64,000 nt of DNA from Bacteroidales bacterium (GTDB lineage: Bacteria > Bacteroidota > Bacteroidia > Bacteroidales > UBA12077), in assembly GCA_028282585.1 (NCBI GenBank), contig JANQHR010000097.1, positions 44,638 through 108,637 on the forward strand, written 5' to 3'. Below the pieces are notes generated by a model. That model worked only from the letters and a program-made list of their open reading frames with translations, was not told the DNA's origin and did not search any database. Below, one piece after another: positions 37,787 to 48,724 of the stretch. The position numbers and the translations under genes are program-made. The first letter of the stretch is position 1, and each line of letters begins with the position of its first letter.

Positions 37787-39607
37787 ATGCGTGGATTTAT
37801 TCGAGTTTTAAAATATATTGCACCATATTGGGTTAAAGGTGTTTCCAGCGTTTCACTTAATTTAATTTCAACCGTATTTTCTTTATTCTCATTTACAATG
37901 GTTATTCCATTTCTTGGAATTCTTTTCGACAATCAACCACTTGTGGAAAATCCCGTTGAATTTTCTTTAAACGCGGAAGTAATAAAAGAATATTTCTATT
38001 ATTATTTAAGCCAGATTATAATAAATCAAGGTAAAAATTCTGCCTTATTAACAGTAAGTATTTTAGTTGTCGTATTTGTATTTTTTAAAACAATTTTTCA
38101 CTATTTAAGCAGTTATGTAATGGCTCCAATTAGAAACGGAGTAATGCGCGATATTCGCAACAGTTTGAATAATAAGATTTTATCACTTCAGTTATCTTAC
38201 TTTACCGATGAAAAGAAAGGGGATTTAATTGCCCGGATGACCAATGATGTTCAGGAAGTTGAAATTTCCGTAGTTCAATCATTAAATAATGCTTTAAAAG
38301 CACCGATTACAATGATTGTATACTTTGTTGTCTTATTTTCAATGAGTCCATTTCTGACCCTATTTGTTTTAGTATTGCTTCCGATATCTGGTTTTGTAAT
38401 AGGTAGAACAGCGAAATCATTAAGAAAGAAATCTGCCAAAGGTCAATCAAAATTAGGTTTAATCATATCATATATAGAAGAAACGCTTTTCGGTTTACGA
38501 ATTATAAAAGCGTTTAATATGGAGAAAAAAATTGATAAGCGATTTGCTGATGAAAATAATTCATACACTTCTTTAATGAATAAGATCTGGAGAAGAAGGG
38601 ACCTTGCAGGACCTTACAGTGAATTTATGGCTACAATTGTGATCATAATTATTATGTGGTATGGAGGAAGTATGGTACTTAGCCAGGACGTAAGTATGTT
38701 ACCTCAAACCTTTATTGCATACTTAGTTATTTTCTCACAAATTATCACTCCTTCCAAGAATTTTTCAACCGCCTTTTATAATATCCAGAGAGGATTAGCT
38801 TCTGTTGACAGAATTGAAGCAATCTTAGATGCAGATGTTACAATTACTGAAAAACCAAATGCTAAATCAAAAGAAAGATTTGAAAACGTAGTAGAATATA
38901 AAAATCTCAATTTTAAATACATTGAGGATTACGTTCTCAAAAATATTAATTTAAAAGTTGAGAAAGGTAAAACCGTTGCATTAGTTGGACAATCAGGTTC
39001 TGGGAAATCAACTATGGTAGATCTACTTCCAAGATTTTATGATGTTAAAGAAGGTGAAATCTCAATTGACGGAATCAATATTCAGGATCTAAAAGTTAAA
39101 GATCTTAGGGATATGATGGGAATCGTTAGTCAGGAATCTATCCTTTTTAATGACACTATCTATAATAACATTGCTTTCGGTATGGAAGATGCCACAGAAG
39201 AGGAAATAGTTGCCGCAGCTAAAGTTGCCAATGCTCATGACTTTATCCTACAGACCGAAAATGCTTATCAAACAAATATTGGAGACCGCGGTAGTAAACT
39301 TTCAGGTGGACAAAGGCAAAGAATAAGCATTGCCAGGGCTGTATTAAAGAATCCTCCAATTTTGATACTGGACGAAGCTACTTCTGCCCTTGATACTGAA
39401 TCGGAAAAGCTTGTTCAGGATGCGCTTTTTAAATTAATGGAAAACAGAACCTCAATTGTTATTGCACACCGTTTATCAACAGTGCGCGATGCAGATGAAA
39501 TTTGTGTTTTGCATGAAGGTGAGATTGTTGAAAGGGGCAAGCATAATGAACTTCTTGAGAAAAAAGGTGTGTATAAAAAACTTCACGATTTGCAGATTTT
39601 TGCTTAA
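37787..39607 (+). CDS. MsbA-like ABC exporter (fused TMD-NBD)
   Basis: GQSGSGKST, LSGGQRQR, ILDEATSALD, AHRL; -7 element TACTTTTG at 37753. Confidence 0.88.
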   Translation: MRGFIRVLKYIAPYWVKGVSSVSLNLISTVFSLFSFTMVIPFLGILFDNQPLVENPVEFSLNAEVIKEYFYYYLSQIIINQGKNSALLTVSILVVVFVFFKTIFHYLSSYVMAPIRNGVMRDIRNSLNNKILSLQLSYFTDEKKGDLIARMTNDVQEVEISVVQSLNNALKAPITMIVYFVVLFSMSPFLTLFVLVLLPISGFVIGRTAKSLRKKSAKGQSKLGLIISYIEETLFGLRIIKAFNMEKKIDKRFADENNSYTSLMNKIWRRRDLAGPYSEFMATIVIIIIMWYGGSMVLSQDVSMLPQTFIAYLVIFSQIITPSKNFSTAFYNIQRGLASVDRIEAILDADVTITEKPNAKSKERFENVVEYKNLNFKYIEDYVLKNINLKVEKGKTVALVGQSGSGKSTMVDLLPRFYDVKEGEISIDGINIQDLKVKDLRDMMGIVSQESILFNDTIYNNIAFGMEDATEEEIVAAAKVANAHDFILQTENAYQTNIGDRGSKLSGGQRQRISIARAVLKNPPILILDEATSALDTESEKLVQDALFKLMENRTSIVIAHRLSTVRDADEICVLHEGEIVERGKHNELLEKKGVYKKLHDLQIFA

Positions 39608-39733
39608 AATAAATCCCGGAAAGCGCTAAGTTGTGCTTCCTTTTACCTTAAAAAGAAAAACTTAATTGAATCCTTTTGTCATTTTTTTCGTAATTTAGGA
39701 GATAGATGTATTAATACTCTTTTAAATGCTGAT

Positions 39734-41695
39734 ATGAAAAATTGTATACCAGCTTTTTTTATTTTCTCTCTTATCTTTTTATCCGCTTTAAGTATTAAAA
39801 AATCGGTTGCTCAAGATTACAACCTCGACTCTTTAGGATATAGCATTGATTCAATTGAAACCTTACTCGAATATTCAACTGGCGTAAATAAATTCAATTA
39901 CTATAAAATTCTTACAGAACATTATATTTATCATTCACCAGATAAAGCCATTCGATTAGCTAATGAACTTTTGATTTTAGCTGAAAACTATGATAGTACA
40001 TGTGTTATTGAATATTGCTATCAGATTTTAGGAGAGGCTTATTTCTTTCAGGAAAATTATGAAAGTTCTCTCAATTATTTCAAGAAGTTTCTTGCAACGC
40101 AGGTAGAAAAAGAAAACAAGATTGGAATTGGAAGAGCTTACAATAACTTGGGAATAGTTTATCGCGTACTTGAAAACTACAAAGAAGCCATTCATTGCTA
40201 TGAAAAATCAATGGCAATCAATCTTGAACTTAATGATATTAGTGGATTAAGTAGCACATATAATAACCTTGGTGTGCTGCATGAACATCTTAATTTATTC
40301 GGACAAGCTCGTGATTACTATAATAAATCATTAAATATTGAGTTAGAACTTGAAGATAATGAAGGCATTTCAACATCTTATCTAAATCTTGGAGGAATTC
40401 ATTTAAAACTTAGAAATTATCAATTAGCTATTGATTATTGTAACAAGAGTATTGAACTTTGTGAAAAATATTCCTATTACCATTCATTAGAACTTAATTA
40501 TGATATACTTTATCAGATTTATAAAGAAATTGAAGAGTATAAAAAAGCATTAGTATTTCTGGAAAAATTCTATGATTTAAAGTATAATAGGATTAATGAA
40601 GAAACCAACACTCAAATAGCTGAACTTGAACTGAAGTATAAGTCTGATAAACAAGAAAAAGAAATTCGTTTATTACAAAAGCAAAAACACCAAAAGTCAA
40701 TTTTGAATATTATTGGTTTCTCAATTCTTTTTATCATTCTTATTCTTGTTTTTATACTATTAAGAATAAATAAATTAAGACATGATAACAATCAAACTTT
40801 GCGTACCAAAAATGTAGAAGTTCTTCAACAGAAAGAGGAAATTGAAGCTCAAAGAGATGAAATTGAAGCTCAAAGAGATGAAATTAAAAGACAAAGAGAT
40901 TTATCTGAACTGCAAACCAATAAAATTATAAAACAAAATAAAGATATTACAGACAGTATCGAATATGCTAAACATATTCAGATAGCTTTATTTCCAGATA
41001 AAATTACACTACAAAAAGTTCTTAAAAACGGTTTTTGTTTATTCAAACCAAAAGATATAGTAAGTGGCGATTTTTATTGGGTTGGCCATACTCAAAATAA
41101 ATCTGTAATTGTTGCAGCTGATTGCACTGGTCATGGAGTCCCAGGTGCATTTATGAGCATAATTGGAATTAATTTTCTTAATGAAATTGTGTACGATGAA
41201 AATATTGTTACTCCAAATGAAATCTTAAATGAATTGCGCAAAAAGATCATTAAAACAATGGTTCATGCTAATCGCATTGAAGAGTCGAAAGACGGAATGG
41301 ATGTGGCTTTGATAACAATTGATTATGATACAATGAAACTTGAATACGCCGGAGCCTACAACCATTTATATTATATTCACGATCATATGCTTAACGTAAT
41401 TAAAGCGGACAGAATGCCAGTAGGTATTTCTGAAAAATCAATTGCTTCATTTACAAACCACACAATGGATATACAAAGCGGTGATATCTTTTATCTGTTC
41501 ACTGATGGTTTTGCCGATCAATTCGGAGGCCCACTGCGTAAAAAGTTTAGAATCGGTAATCTTCGTGAATTACTTCTGGAAGTGCATGAGAAAGAAATGA
41601 CCGAACAAAAGCGTTTATTATTTGAGGCTTTTATAAATTGGAAAGGTAAAGAACAACAGGTTGATGATGTTCTGGCAATAGGAATTAAAATTTAG
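39734..41695 (+). CDS. Membrane sensor: periplasmic TPR repeats + TM + coiled coil + SpoIIE/RsbU (PP2C) phosphatase
   Basis: YNNLG TPR repeats; VSGDFYW, ADCTGHGVPGA, DGMD, TDGFADQFGG, QVDD. Confidence 0.88.
   Translation: MKNCIPAFFIFSLIFLSALSIKKSVAQDYNLDSLGYSIDSIETLLEYSTGVNKFNYYKILTEHYIYHSPDKAIRLANELLILAENYDSTCVIEYCYQILGEAYFFQENYESSLNYFKKFLATQVEKENKIGIGRAYNNLGIVYRVLENYKEAIHCYEKSMAINLELNDISGLSSTYNNLGVLHEHLNLFGQARDYYNKSLNIELELEDNEGISTSYLNLGGIHLKLRNYQLAIDYCNKSIELCEKYSYYHSLELNYDILYQIYKEIEEYKKALVFLEKFYDLKYNRINEETNTQIAELELKYKSDKQEKEIRLLQKQKHQKSILNIIGFSILFIILILVFILLRINKLRHDNNQTLRTKNVEVLQQKEEIEAQRDEIEAQRDEIKRQRDLSELQTNKIIKQNKDITDSIEYAKHIQIALFPDKITLQKVLKNGFCLFKPKDIVSGDFYWVGHTQNKSVIVAADCTGHGVPGAFMSIIGINFLNEIVYDENIVTPNEILNELRKKIIKTMVHANRIEESKDGMDVALITIDYDTMKLEYAGAYNHLYYIHDHMLNVIKADRMPVGISEKSIASFTNHTMDIQSGDIFYLFTDGFADQFGGPLRKKFRIGNLRELLLEVHEKEMTEQKRLLFEAFINWKGKEQQVDDVLAIGIKI
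40838..40900 (+). repeat. 21-bp coding tandem repeat x3 (EIEAQRD heptads)
   Basis: gaaattgaagctcaaagagat twice exactly, plus the variant gaaattaaaagacaaagagat. Confidence 0.85.
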
Positions 41696-41701
41696 TGCAT
41701 A

Positions 41702-42211
41702 TTAGTTTTTAACTAACTCCACCAAGGATTCTATTTTTACGTTTTTCCCTTTTACTGTAAGTTGGGCCTTTTCGTAGTCTGGTTGCCTTTTACTTAAAAG
41801 ATCTTTTGCATATACCGTTAGGTCTTCGCGGGTTTTACCCCAAATTAATGGCCTATCCTTCTTGGAATGCATTAAACGATCAACCAAAGTAGGTATATCA
41901 ACTTCCAGGTAAATAGTTTTACCTTTTGAGTTCATTAAACTCATATTATCAAAATAACAAGGGGTTCCTCCTCCGGTTGATATTAAAACATTCTCATATT
42001 TGTGAATTAATTCGTCAAGAGAATTCTTTTCTATTTCACGGAATACGTCCATTCCTTTTTCATAGATAAGTAAACGAATCGTAGCATTGTATTTTTCTTC
42101 GATATAATCATCCAAATCAACGAATGGTAGATCAACTTTCTTAGCCAGTTTTTTCCCCACTGAAGATTTACCACTAGCCATAAAACCAATCAGAAAAACT
42201 CTCATACACAC
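41702..42211 (-). CDS. aroK: Shikimate kinase
   Basis: GFMASGKS, DLD, FREIE, STGGGTP, RPL. Confidence 0.93.
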   Translation of the reverse strand: MCMRVFLIGFMASGKSSVGKKLAKKVDLPFVDLDDYIEEKYNATIRLLIYEKGMDVFREIEKNSLDELIHKYENVLISTGGGTPCYFDNMSLMNSKGKTIYLEVDIPTLVDRLMHSKKDRPLIWGKTREDLTVYAKDLLSKRQPDYEKAQLTVKGKNVKIESLVELVKN

Positions 42212-42264
42212 AATTTTTGATTAAATAAATATACAAAAATTCCTAAAGCAACAAAAATGTAAAA

Positions 42265-44898
42265 CTATTCGTTATTTTCGCCAAATAAACTCATTTGAGA
42301 CTTATCTTCTTCCCCTGTTTCATCATTATTTTCATTTATTTCAGGCTCTTCTCGCTCTACGATCAAGGGTTCAAGTTCAGTTACAACCTTTACTTCATAA
42401 TTCGATAAACGTTTACCTCGCGCTTTATAGCTCTTTACGCCAATGAATTCAGCTACCTCAATTATTTCATTTTCCCTGTTTTTATGTCTGCCTCCAAAGG
42501 ATACTTCCAGTCTTGGATATTCTACTTCCGTGAGTTTCAGTAACCTCGACTGTTCATTTTCGCCAATAAAGCTGGTTAGTTTATCTGAAGGTTCTATTGT
42601 AAATCGTTTTACATAATAATACTCCAAATCGGCATCATAATAAACTGCTGAAAAAATTTTCGCAGGTCTGAATTTCTCAACTAACATTACATCATCCTCA
42701 AAATGATTCATAAGATCGTAAGAACTTAAACGATATTTTCCAGATTTGGTTATAACTAAAATCTTATCATCCCCGTGAAATTCTCCCACATAATCCCCTC
42801 TTCCATCAGCATTCAATCGAAGAATCTCTTCCTCAAACCAAATTTTTCTTCCACCTAAAGTTGATACACCTTCATCTTTAAGTACAATTTTATGAAGGGC
42901 GTATTTAGTTAGAATGTTTCCCATTGATTGGCGCCCTTTGATTGCTAATTCACTAAAATCAAATTCGAAAACTGGCTTTTTCAATCTTGGTCTAGGACGC
43001 AAATAAATTTTAACTATTTCAGCTTCTCCATTAGGATTAGCTGTCATATAAAGGATCTTTGATTTATTGGTTCCTTTTGTAATATCGTATTCCTTATCGC
43101 GAGTAATTCCCTTTATGGCGCATCTTTTAACCATTATGGCACCATTTAATCCATCCCGATAAATTATATTATAAATAGTTCGGTCATCATTACGTTTAAA
43201 CACAGCAACATGTTCAATGTCTTTTCCAACAAATACTTTATCATCAACCTTAGTAATTATATATTTACCATCTCTAAGAAACACAATAACTTCATCAATA
43301 TCTGAACATTCGCTAACAAATTCATCCTTCTTCAAACTTGTACCAATAAAACCCTCATCTCTATTTACGTAAAGTTTTTCATTGGCAACTACAACCTGAG
43401 TAGCAGCAATAGTATCCAAATTTCGAATCTCAGTTTTTCTATCACGGCCATCACCATGTTTTTTTCGAATCTGTTTATAATAATTTATAGCGTAATCAAT
43501 AATATGATCTAAATGATTCTGAACTTCTTTTAGCTCATTCTCAATGCCCTTAATATATTCATCTGCCTTTTTAACATCAAACTTAGTAATTCGTTTAATT
43601 TTAATTTCGGTAAGTTTAATAATATCCTCTTCCGTAATTTCCCTAAGAAGAAGTTTCTTGAATGGTTCTAAACCTTTATCGATAGTTTCAATAACTGATT
43701 TCCAAGTCTCGCACTCTTCAATATCATGATAAATTCTATTTTCAATAAATATCTTTTCTAATGATGAAAGATGCCATGCTTCTTGCAATTCATTCTTCTT
43801 AATTTCAAGTTCCTGCTTTAATAACTCAACCGTATTATCTGCAGAATTCTTAAGAATCTCGGATACTCCAATAAAAACTGGTTTTGAGTTATCAATGATA
43901 CATGAATTTGGAGAGATTGGCACCTCACAATCTGTAAATGCATAAAGTGCATCAATAGTTTGATCAGGAGATGTACCTGCTGGAAGATGAATCAGTATTT
44001 CTACATGTTCTGCAGTATTATCGTCAATTTTTCTGATCTTTATTTTTCCTTTATCATTAGCTTTAAGGATTGAATCGATCAAACTTTGAGTATTTTTACC
44101 AAACGGAAGCTCGGTAATTTTAAGAGTTTTCTTATCTTCTTTTTCAATTTTGGCTCTTACCTTTATGGACCCTCCCCTTAAGCCATCATTATATTTACTA
44201 AAATCTGCTATTCCACCTGTTGGAAAATCGGGATATAATTCAAAATTTTTACCTTTTAAATATGCAATTGCAGCATCAATAAGTTCATTAAAGTTATGAG
44301 GTAATATTTTTGAAGCTAATCCAACTGCAATACCTTCAACACCTTGTGCCAATAATAATGGAAACTTAACAGGTAAAGTTACAGGTTCGTCATTTCTTCC
44401 ATCATATGATTTTTTCCATTCTGTAGTTTTCGGGTTAAAAACTACGTCCAAAGCAAACTTTGAAAGACGCGCTTCAATATAACGTGGAGCCGCTGCGCCA
44501 TCTCCAGTATAAATATTACCCCAGTTTCCCTGCGCATCTATTAACAGGTCTTTTTGTCCTAACTGAACTAAAGCATCACCAATAGAAGCATCACCATGAG
44601 GGTGATACTGCATGGTATAACCTATAATATTTGCAACTTTATTATACCTTCCATCATCCAACCGCTTCATTGCATGAAGGATACGACGCTGAACGGGCTT
44701 TAGCCCATCGTTAAGGTGCGGAACTGCTCTTTCAAGAATAACATAAGATGCATAATCAAGGAACCAGTCTTTGTACATCCCCGATAAATGAACTATTTTA
44801 TGTAATTCGTCGCTATGTTTCCCTTCCGTTTTTTCCAAATTTGGACCTTTTGCTTCTTCAGTGTTTTGATCAGGTTTTTCCTTTTTCTCTTTACTCAT
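42265..44898 (-). CDS. parC: DNA topoisomerase IV subunit A (Bacteroidota type)
   Basis: DGLKPVQRRIL, YHPHGDASI, AAAPRYIEARL. Confidence 0.9.
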   Translation of the reverse strand: MSKEKKEKPDQNTEEAKGPNLEKTEGKHSDELHKIVHLSGMYKDWFLDYASYVILERAVPHLNDGLKPVQRRILHAMKRLDDGRYNKVANIIGYTMQYHPHGDASIGDALVQLGQKDLLIDAQGNWGNIYTGDGAAAPRYIEARLSKFALDVVFNPKTTEWKKSYDGRNDEPVTLPVKFPLLLAQGVEGIAVGLASKILPHNFNELIDAAIAYLKGKNFELYPDFPTGGIADFSKYNDGLRGGSIKVRAKIEKEDKKTLKITELPFGKNTQSLIDSILKANDKGKIKIRKIDDNTAEHVEILIHLPAGTSPDQTIDALYAFTDCEVPISPNSCIIDNSKPVFIGVSEILKNSADNTVELLKQELEIKKNELQEAWHLSSLEKIFIENRIYHDIEECETWKSVIETIDKGLEPFKKLLLREITEEDIIKLTEIKIKRITKFDVKKADEYIKGIENELKEVQNHLDHIIDYAINYYKQIRKKHGDGRDRKTEIRNLDTIAATQVVVANEKLYVNRDEGFIGTSLKKDEFVSECSDIDEVIVFLRDGKYIITKVDDKVFVGKDIEHVAVFKRNDDRTIYNIIYRDGLNGAIMVKRCAIKGITRDKEYDITKGTNKSKILYMTANPNGEAEIVKIYLRPRPRLKKPVFEFDFSELAIKGRQSMGNILTKYALHKIVLKDEGVSTLGGRKIWFEEEILRLNADGRGDYVGEFHGDDKILVITKSGKYRLSSYDLMNHFEDDVMLVEKFRPAKIFSAVYYDADLEYYYVKRFTIEPSDKLTSFIGENEQSRLLKLTEVEYPRLEVSFGGRHKNRENEIIEVAEFIGVKSYKARGKRLSNYEVKVVTELEPLIVEREEPEINENNDETGEEDKSQMSLFGENNE

Positions 44899-44934
44899 TC
44901 TGTCTCTTTATCTATATATGATCAAATTCGATAA

Positions 44935-46764
44935 TTAATCTACAACATCAATTTTAAGATTCTCCACTATAAAATCTTGTCTGTTTGGGGTATTCTTACC
45001 CATATAAAACTCTAGCAAATCTTTAACTGCATCATCCTTTCTTAATCTTACGGGATCTAAACGAATTTCTTTACCAATAAAATGCTTAAACTCGTCAGGA
45101 GAAATTTCGCCTAAACCTTTAAATCGAGTTATTTCCGGATTGTTTTTTAATTTCTTGATAGCCTTTTCTTTTTCCTCCTCGCTATAGCAATAAAAAGTTT
45201 GTTTTTTATTTCTTACTCTGAAAAGTGGTGTTTGTAAAATGTATAAATGCCCATTTTTAACTAAATCAGGGAAAAATTGTAGAAAGAAAGTAATTAACAA
45301 CAAACGAATATGCATCCCATCCACATCGGCATCAGTTGCAATTATTACATTTTTATATCGAAGGTTTTCAATTCCTTCTTCAATATCCAATGCAGCTTGC
45401 AACAAATTAAACTCTTCGTTTTCGTAAACAATTTTTTTAGTTAAACCATACGTATTTAGTGGCTTACCTTTTAAACTAAAAACAGCTTGTGTATTAACAT
45501 CACGAGATTTTGTTATCGATCCGCTTGCCGAATCACCCTCGGTAATGAAAATCATTGTTTCATTCTTGCGCTCATCTTTCGAATTATAATGAATTCTACA
45601 ATCTCGTAATTTTCGATTATGAAGGCTTGCTTTTTTAGCTCTTTGTTTAGCTAATTTTTTGATTCCCGAAATTGCTTTGCGTTCTTTCTCCGATTCAATG
45701 ATCTTCTTATGTAAAGCATCAGCAACTTCAGCATTTCTATGTAAGTAATTATCTAATTCATTTTTAAGGAAATCACCAATAAAGTTTCTTATAGTAGGCC
45801 CATTTGGTGCTATATTTTTAGATCCAAGTTTTGTTTTTGTTTGTGACTCAAAAACCGGCTCCTCAACTTTTATACTAACTGCTGCTATTATTGAAGTTCT
45901 AATATCCGATGGATCAAAATCCTTTTTATAAAAATCACGAATAGTTTTCACATATGCCTCTCGAAATGCAGATAAATGTGACCCTCCCTGGGTAGTATGC
46001 TGTCCATTTACAAAACTATAATATTCTTCACCATATTGATTGCTATGTGTAATTGCAATTTCAATATCTTCGCCTTTTAAATGGATAATTGGATACAACC
46101 CTTCAAAACTCATATTCTGATCTAATAAATCGCGAAGACCATTTTCAGAATAATATTTTTCTCCATTGAGTTTAATAGTCAAACCGGAGTTAAGAAAAAC
46201 ATAATTCTGAATTAGAGATACAACATATTCTTCAATATAATGATAATTCCCAAAAATATTTTTATCAGGAACAAAAGTAGTTAGGGTTCCATTTTTATCT
46301 TTAGTCTTTTCTATTGGATCATCACTTACAACTTCACCATTTGCAAATTCAACGCATTTTCTTTCTCCATCGCGAAAAGCCTCAATTCTAAAACTTGTCG
46401 ATAGTGCATTTACCGCTTTAATACCTACTCCATTTAATCCTACTGATTTCTTAAAAGCTTTTGAGTCATATTTTGCACCAGTATTCATTTTCGAAGCTAC
46501 ATCCTTTAATTTTCCTAAGGGAATTCCGCGCCCATAATCGCGAACCTTAACGAAATGGTCTGTCATTTCAATTTCGATCGTTTTTCCAAATCCCATCATA
46601 TATTCATCGATGGAATTATCCATAACTTCTTTTAATAAAACGTAAATGCCATCATCCTGAGAAGATCCATCACCAAGCTTCCCAATGTACATACCCGGTC
46701 TTTTCCTAATGTGCTCTTTCCAATCGAGGGTACGAATGCTGTCTTCTGTATAAATTGCCGTCAT
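44935..46764 (-). CDS. parE: DNA topoisomerase IV subunit B
   Basis: [40 protein letters not shown] at 46764 ([10 protein letters not shown]) preferred over TTG at 46824. Confidence 0.92.
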   Translation of the reverse strand: MTAIYTEDSIRTLDWKEHIRKRPGMYIGKLGDGSSQDDGIYVLLKEVMDNSIDEYMMGFGKTIEIEMTDHFVKVRDYGRGIPLGKLKDVASKMNTGAKYDSKAFKKSVGLNGVGIKAVNALSTSFRIEAFRDGERKCVEFANGEVVSDDPIEKTKDKNGTLTTFVPDKNIFGNYHYIEEYVVSLIQNYVFLNSGLTIKLNGEKYYSENGLRDLLDQNMSFEGLYPIIHLKGEDIEIAITHSNQYGEEYYSFVNGQHTTQGGSHLSAFREAYVKTIRDFYKKDFDPSDIRTSIIAAVSIKVEEPVFESQTKTKLGSKNIAPNGPTIRNFIGDFLKNELDNYLHRNAEVADALHKKIIESEKERKAISGIKKLAKQRAKKASLHNRKLRDCRIHYNSKDERKNETMIFITEGDSASGSITKSRDVNTQAVFSLKGKPLNTYGLTKKIVYENEEFNLLQAALDIEEGIENLRYKNVIIATDADVDGMHIRLLLITFFLQFFPDLVKNGHLYILQTPLFRVRNKKQTFYCYSEEEKEKAIKKLKNNPEITRFKGLGEISPDEFKHFIGKEIRLDPVRLRKDDAVKDLLEFYMGKNTPNRQDFIVENLKIDVVD

Positions 46765-46817
46765 TTCACCTAATTTTTCGTAAATATAATTAAAAGAAAA
46801 GTGGTTGCTCAAAGAGT

Positions 46818-46914
46818 TTATCAACAGAGATCGCTCCAGAACTGTTGATAATTGAACAATCCCTGCAAATTAAATAAAAACCAACGAGAAATGCTGTTTA
46901 CAGATTGTTGAAAA
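46818..46914. promoter_or_regulatory. Cluster of DnaA-box-like motifs upstream of parE
   Basis: TTATCAACAG (46818) and CTGTTGATAA (46842) form an inverted pair; TGTTGAAAA at 46906. Confidence 0.45.
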
Positions 46915-46918
46915 ATTG

Positions 46919-48724
46919 TTAATTTGAAAAAATTCCCATCTGTTGCATTAGTAGCGAAGCATTCATATTCTTGGTTATTCCCGGTCGTAGTTTATAATCA
47001 AAATTAATTTTGTTATGATTAATATCTACCTCAAAACATTTATTCTCTATATTTTCAGGATAACCATTTTCCATTTCACACAATGACAAATCATGGGTAG
47101 CTATAATTCCCGTTGCATTTAATTTAATTAAATTCTCAACGAATTTCCAAGACCCCTTTGCTTTATCAACAGAGTTGGTTCCTTTTAATATCTCATCTAA
47201 TAATAAAAATGTCAGCTTACCATCTTTAATTTTATCGATAATATATTTAAGTCTTTTTAGTTCCGCATAAAAATATGATTCATTTTCCTTTAAAGAATCA
47301 GCTGTTCGCATTCCGGAGAATAACTCCATAACTCGAAATTCAAACTTTTTGGCACAAACTGGAAATCCATTGAGCGCAAGAATAAGATTAACTCCAACTG
47401 TTCTTAAAAAAGTACTTTTTCCTGCCATATTTGCGCCGGTAATGATATCAATCTCACCTGTTTTCTCTACTTTAAAATCGTTATTTACTCTTTTCTTTAA
47501 AGGAATTAAAGGGTGCCCGAGTTCTTTTGCTAATAGAACTTTATCTTCAGTAATACTAGGGAAAACGTAGCCTGGATTGTTATAATAAAAAGTTCCTGCA
47601 GAAATATAAAAATCGAATTCAGCAATAACATCAATCCACTTTTTTATATTTCCTCCGTATTTCAGCTTCCACCTCTCCAGACGCATAATTGATAATAAAT
47701 CCCACATAAGGATTCCATTCAAAATTATTCCAAGAAAAATATTTAGCCGCGTATCAAAAGCATCAATAATTTTAATTAATTTTTTTAGAGCTTTTTGAGC
47801 ATTTGTTTGATCAACCTTTAATGCATTTTGCAAATCACTAAAAACTACTGAATTGAATCTTTCTTTTTCAATATGCCGAATTAGCCTTGAATAGATTTTT
47901 AAAATCCTTACTTCCTCAGAAACCATCCTCTGTTCCCTGTTAGTACGCCTTAATAAAACACTGGCAAAAAAAAGTTGAGAAAGTGCCAATAATATAAACC
48001 ACGAATAATGAGAAACACCCGCTATTAACAAAGCTAGAAAAGCTAAGGTAATAACAGGAAGAAAAACAACCAAAATCTTATATACTGATTTTTTTATAAA
48101 GAAAATTGGTTTATCCAACCATTTATCAATATTTTTATTATCATCTTTTGTAGCCTTAAAAGTATAACCAGTTGCCATAAAGTTTTGCCGCCAGTCTATC
48201 TTTTTTGCTATCTCAGTAATTGCCTCTTGACGATTTAAGATTAATTCACGCTTGGTATCATTTGTCTTTGTAAGCCTTTTAGCTAATAAATCAGCACCCA
48301 CTAAAGTAACAGTCCGATTTAAATACTGATATATTGAACCTTTGCCGAATAAATCCAGGTCATATGAGTAGGAATGCTCCCTATCAATAAATTCTTTTCC
48401 GGTATTAAATGAAGAATAATCATTTTGTAATGCTATAATCTCATTATTATTAATCTGAACAAGATTTTTTATGTGATTTAAAACTTCTGTTCTTTTTATA
48501 TAAAAAATTACATGAAAAATAAATATTGATATCATTCCTATAAAGTATATCAGCATTAACCAGCTAAAACTTTTGATCAGCTTTATGAATACCACAACAG
48601 TGAGTATAAAAAAAACAAACCTGAGAATACTTACCCAAATTAGATTATTCTTTATTTTGGACAAGCTCTGATTGAACCTTTCAGTTCGATTTTTATATAT
48701 TTTAATGATTTTATCAACCTGCAT
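46919..48724 (-). CDS. Membrane-anchored MutS-related ATPase (MutS domain V with N-terminal TMs)
   Basis: DLDLFG, GHPL, ITGANMAGKSTFLR, SYFYAEL, DEILKGTNS, ATHD; no mismatch-binding domain seen. Confidence 0.85.
   Translation of the reverse strand: MQVDKIIKIYKNRTERFNQSLSKIKNNLIWVSILRFVFFILTVVVFIKLIKSFSWLMLIYFIGMISIFIFHVIFYIKRTEVLNHIKNLVQINNNEIIALQNDYSSFNTGKEFIDREHSYSYDLDLFGKGSIYQYLNRTVTLVGADLLAKRLTKTNDTKRELILNRQEAITEIAKKIDWRQNFMATGYTFKATKDDNKNIDKWLDKPIFFIKKSVYKILVVFLPVITLAFLALLIAGVSHYSWFILLALSQLFFASVLLRRTNREQRMVSEEVRILKIYSRLIRHIEKERFNSVVFSDLQNALKVDQTNAQKALKKLIKIIDAFDTRLNIFLGIILNGILMWDLLSIMRLERWKLKYGGNIKKWIDVIAEFDFYISAGTFYYNNPGYVFPSITEDKVLLAKELGHPLIPLKKRVNNDFKVEKTGEIDIITGANMAGKSTFLRTVGVNLILALNGFPVCAKKFEFRVMELFSGMRTADSLKENESYFYAELKRLKYIIDKIKDGKLTFLLLDEILKGTNSVDKAKGSWKFVENLIKLNATGIIATHDLSLCEMENGYPENIENKCFEVDINHNKINFDYKLRPGITKNMNASLLMQQMGIFSN

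Noticed and set aside
41690-41710. Switch from a long plus-strand gene run to a mostly minus-strand run as a possible replication terminus
   Set aside because: No dif site found, parAB nearby argues against a terminus, and operon structure explains the pattern. GC skew could not be computed.
42265-46764. Calling these genes gyrA/gyrB
   Set aside because: No GyrA box is seen, and HPHGDAS plus the short B subunit match Bacteroidota topoisomerase IV.
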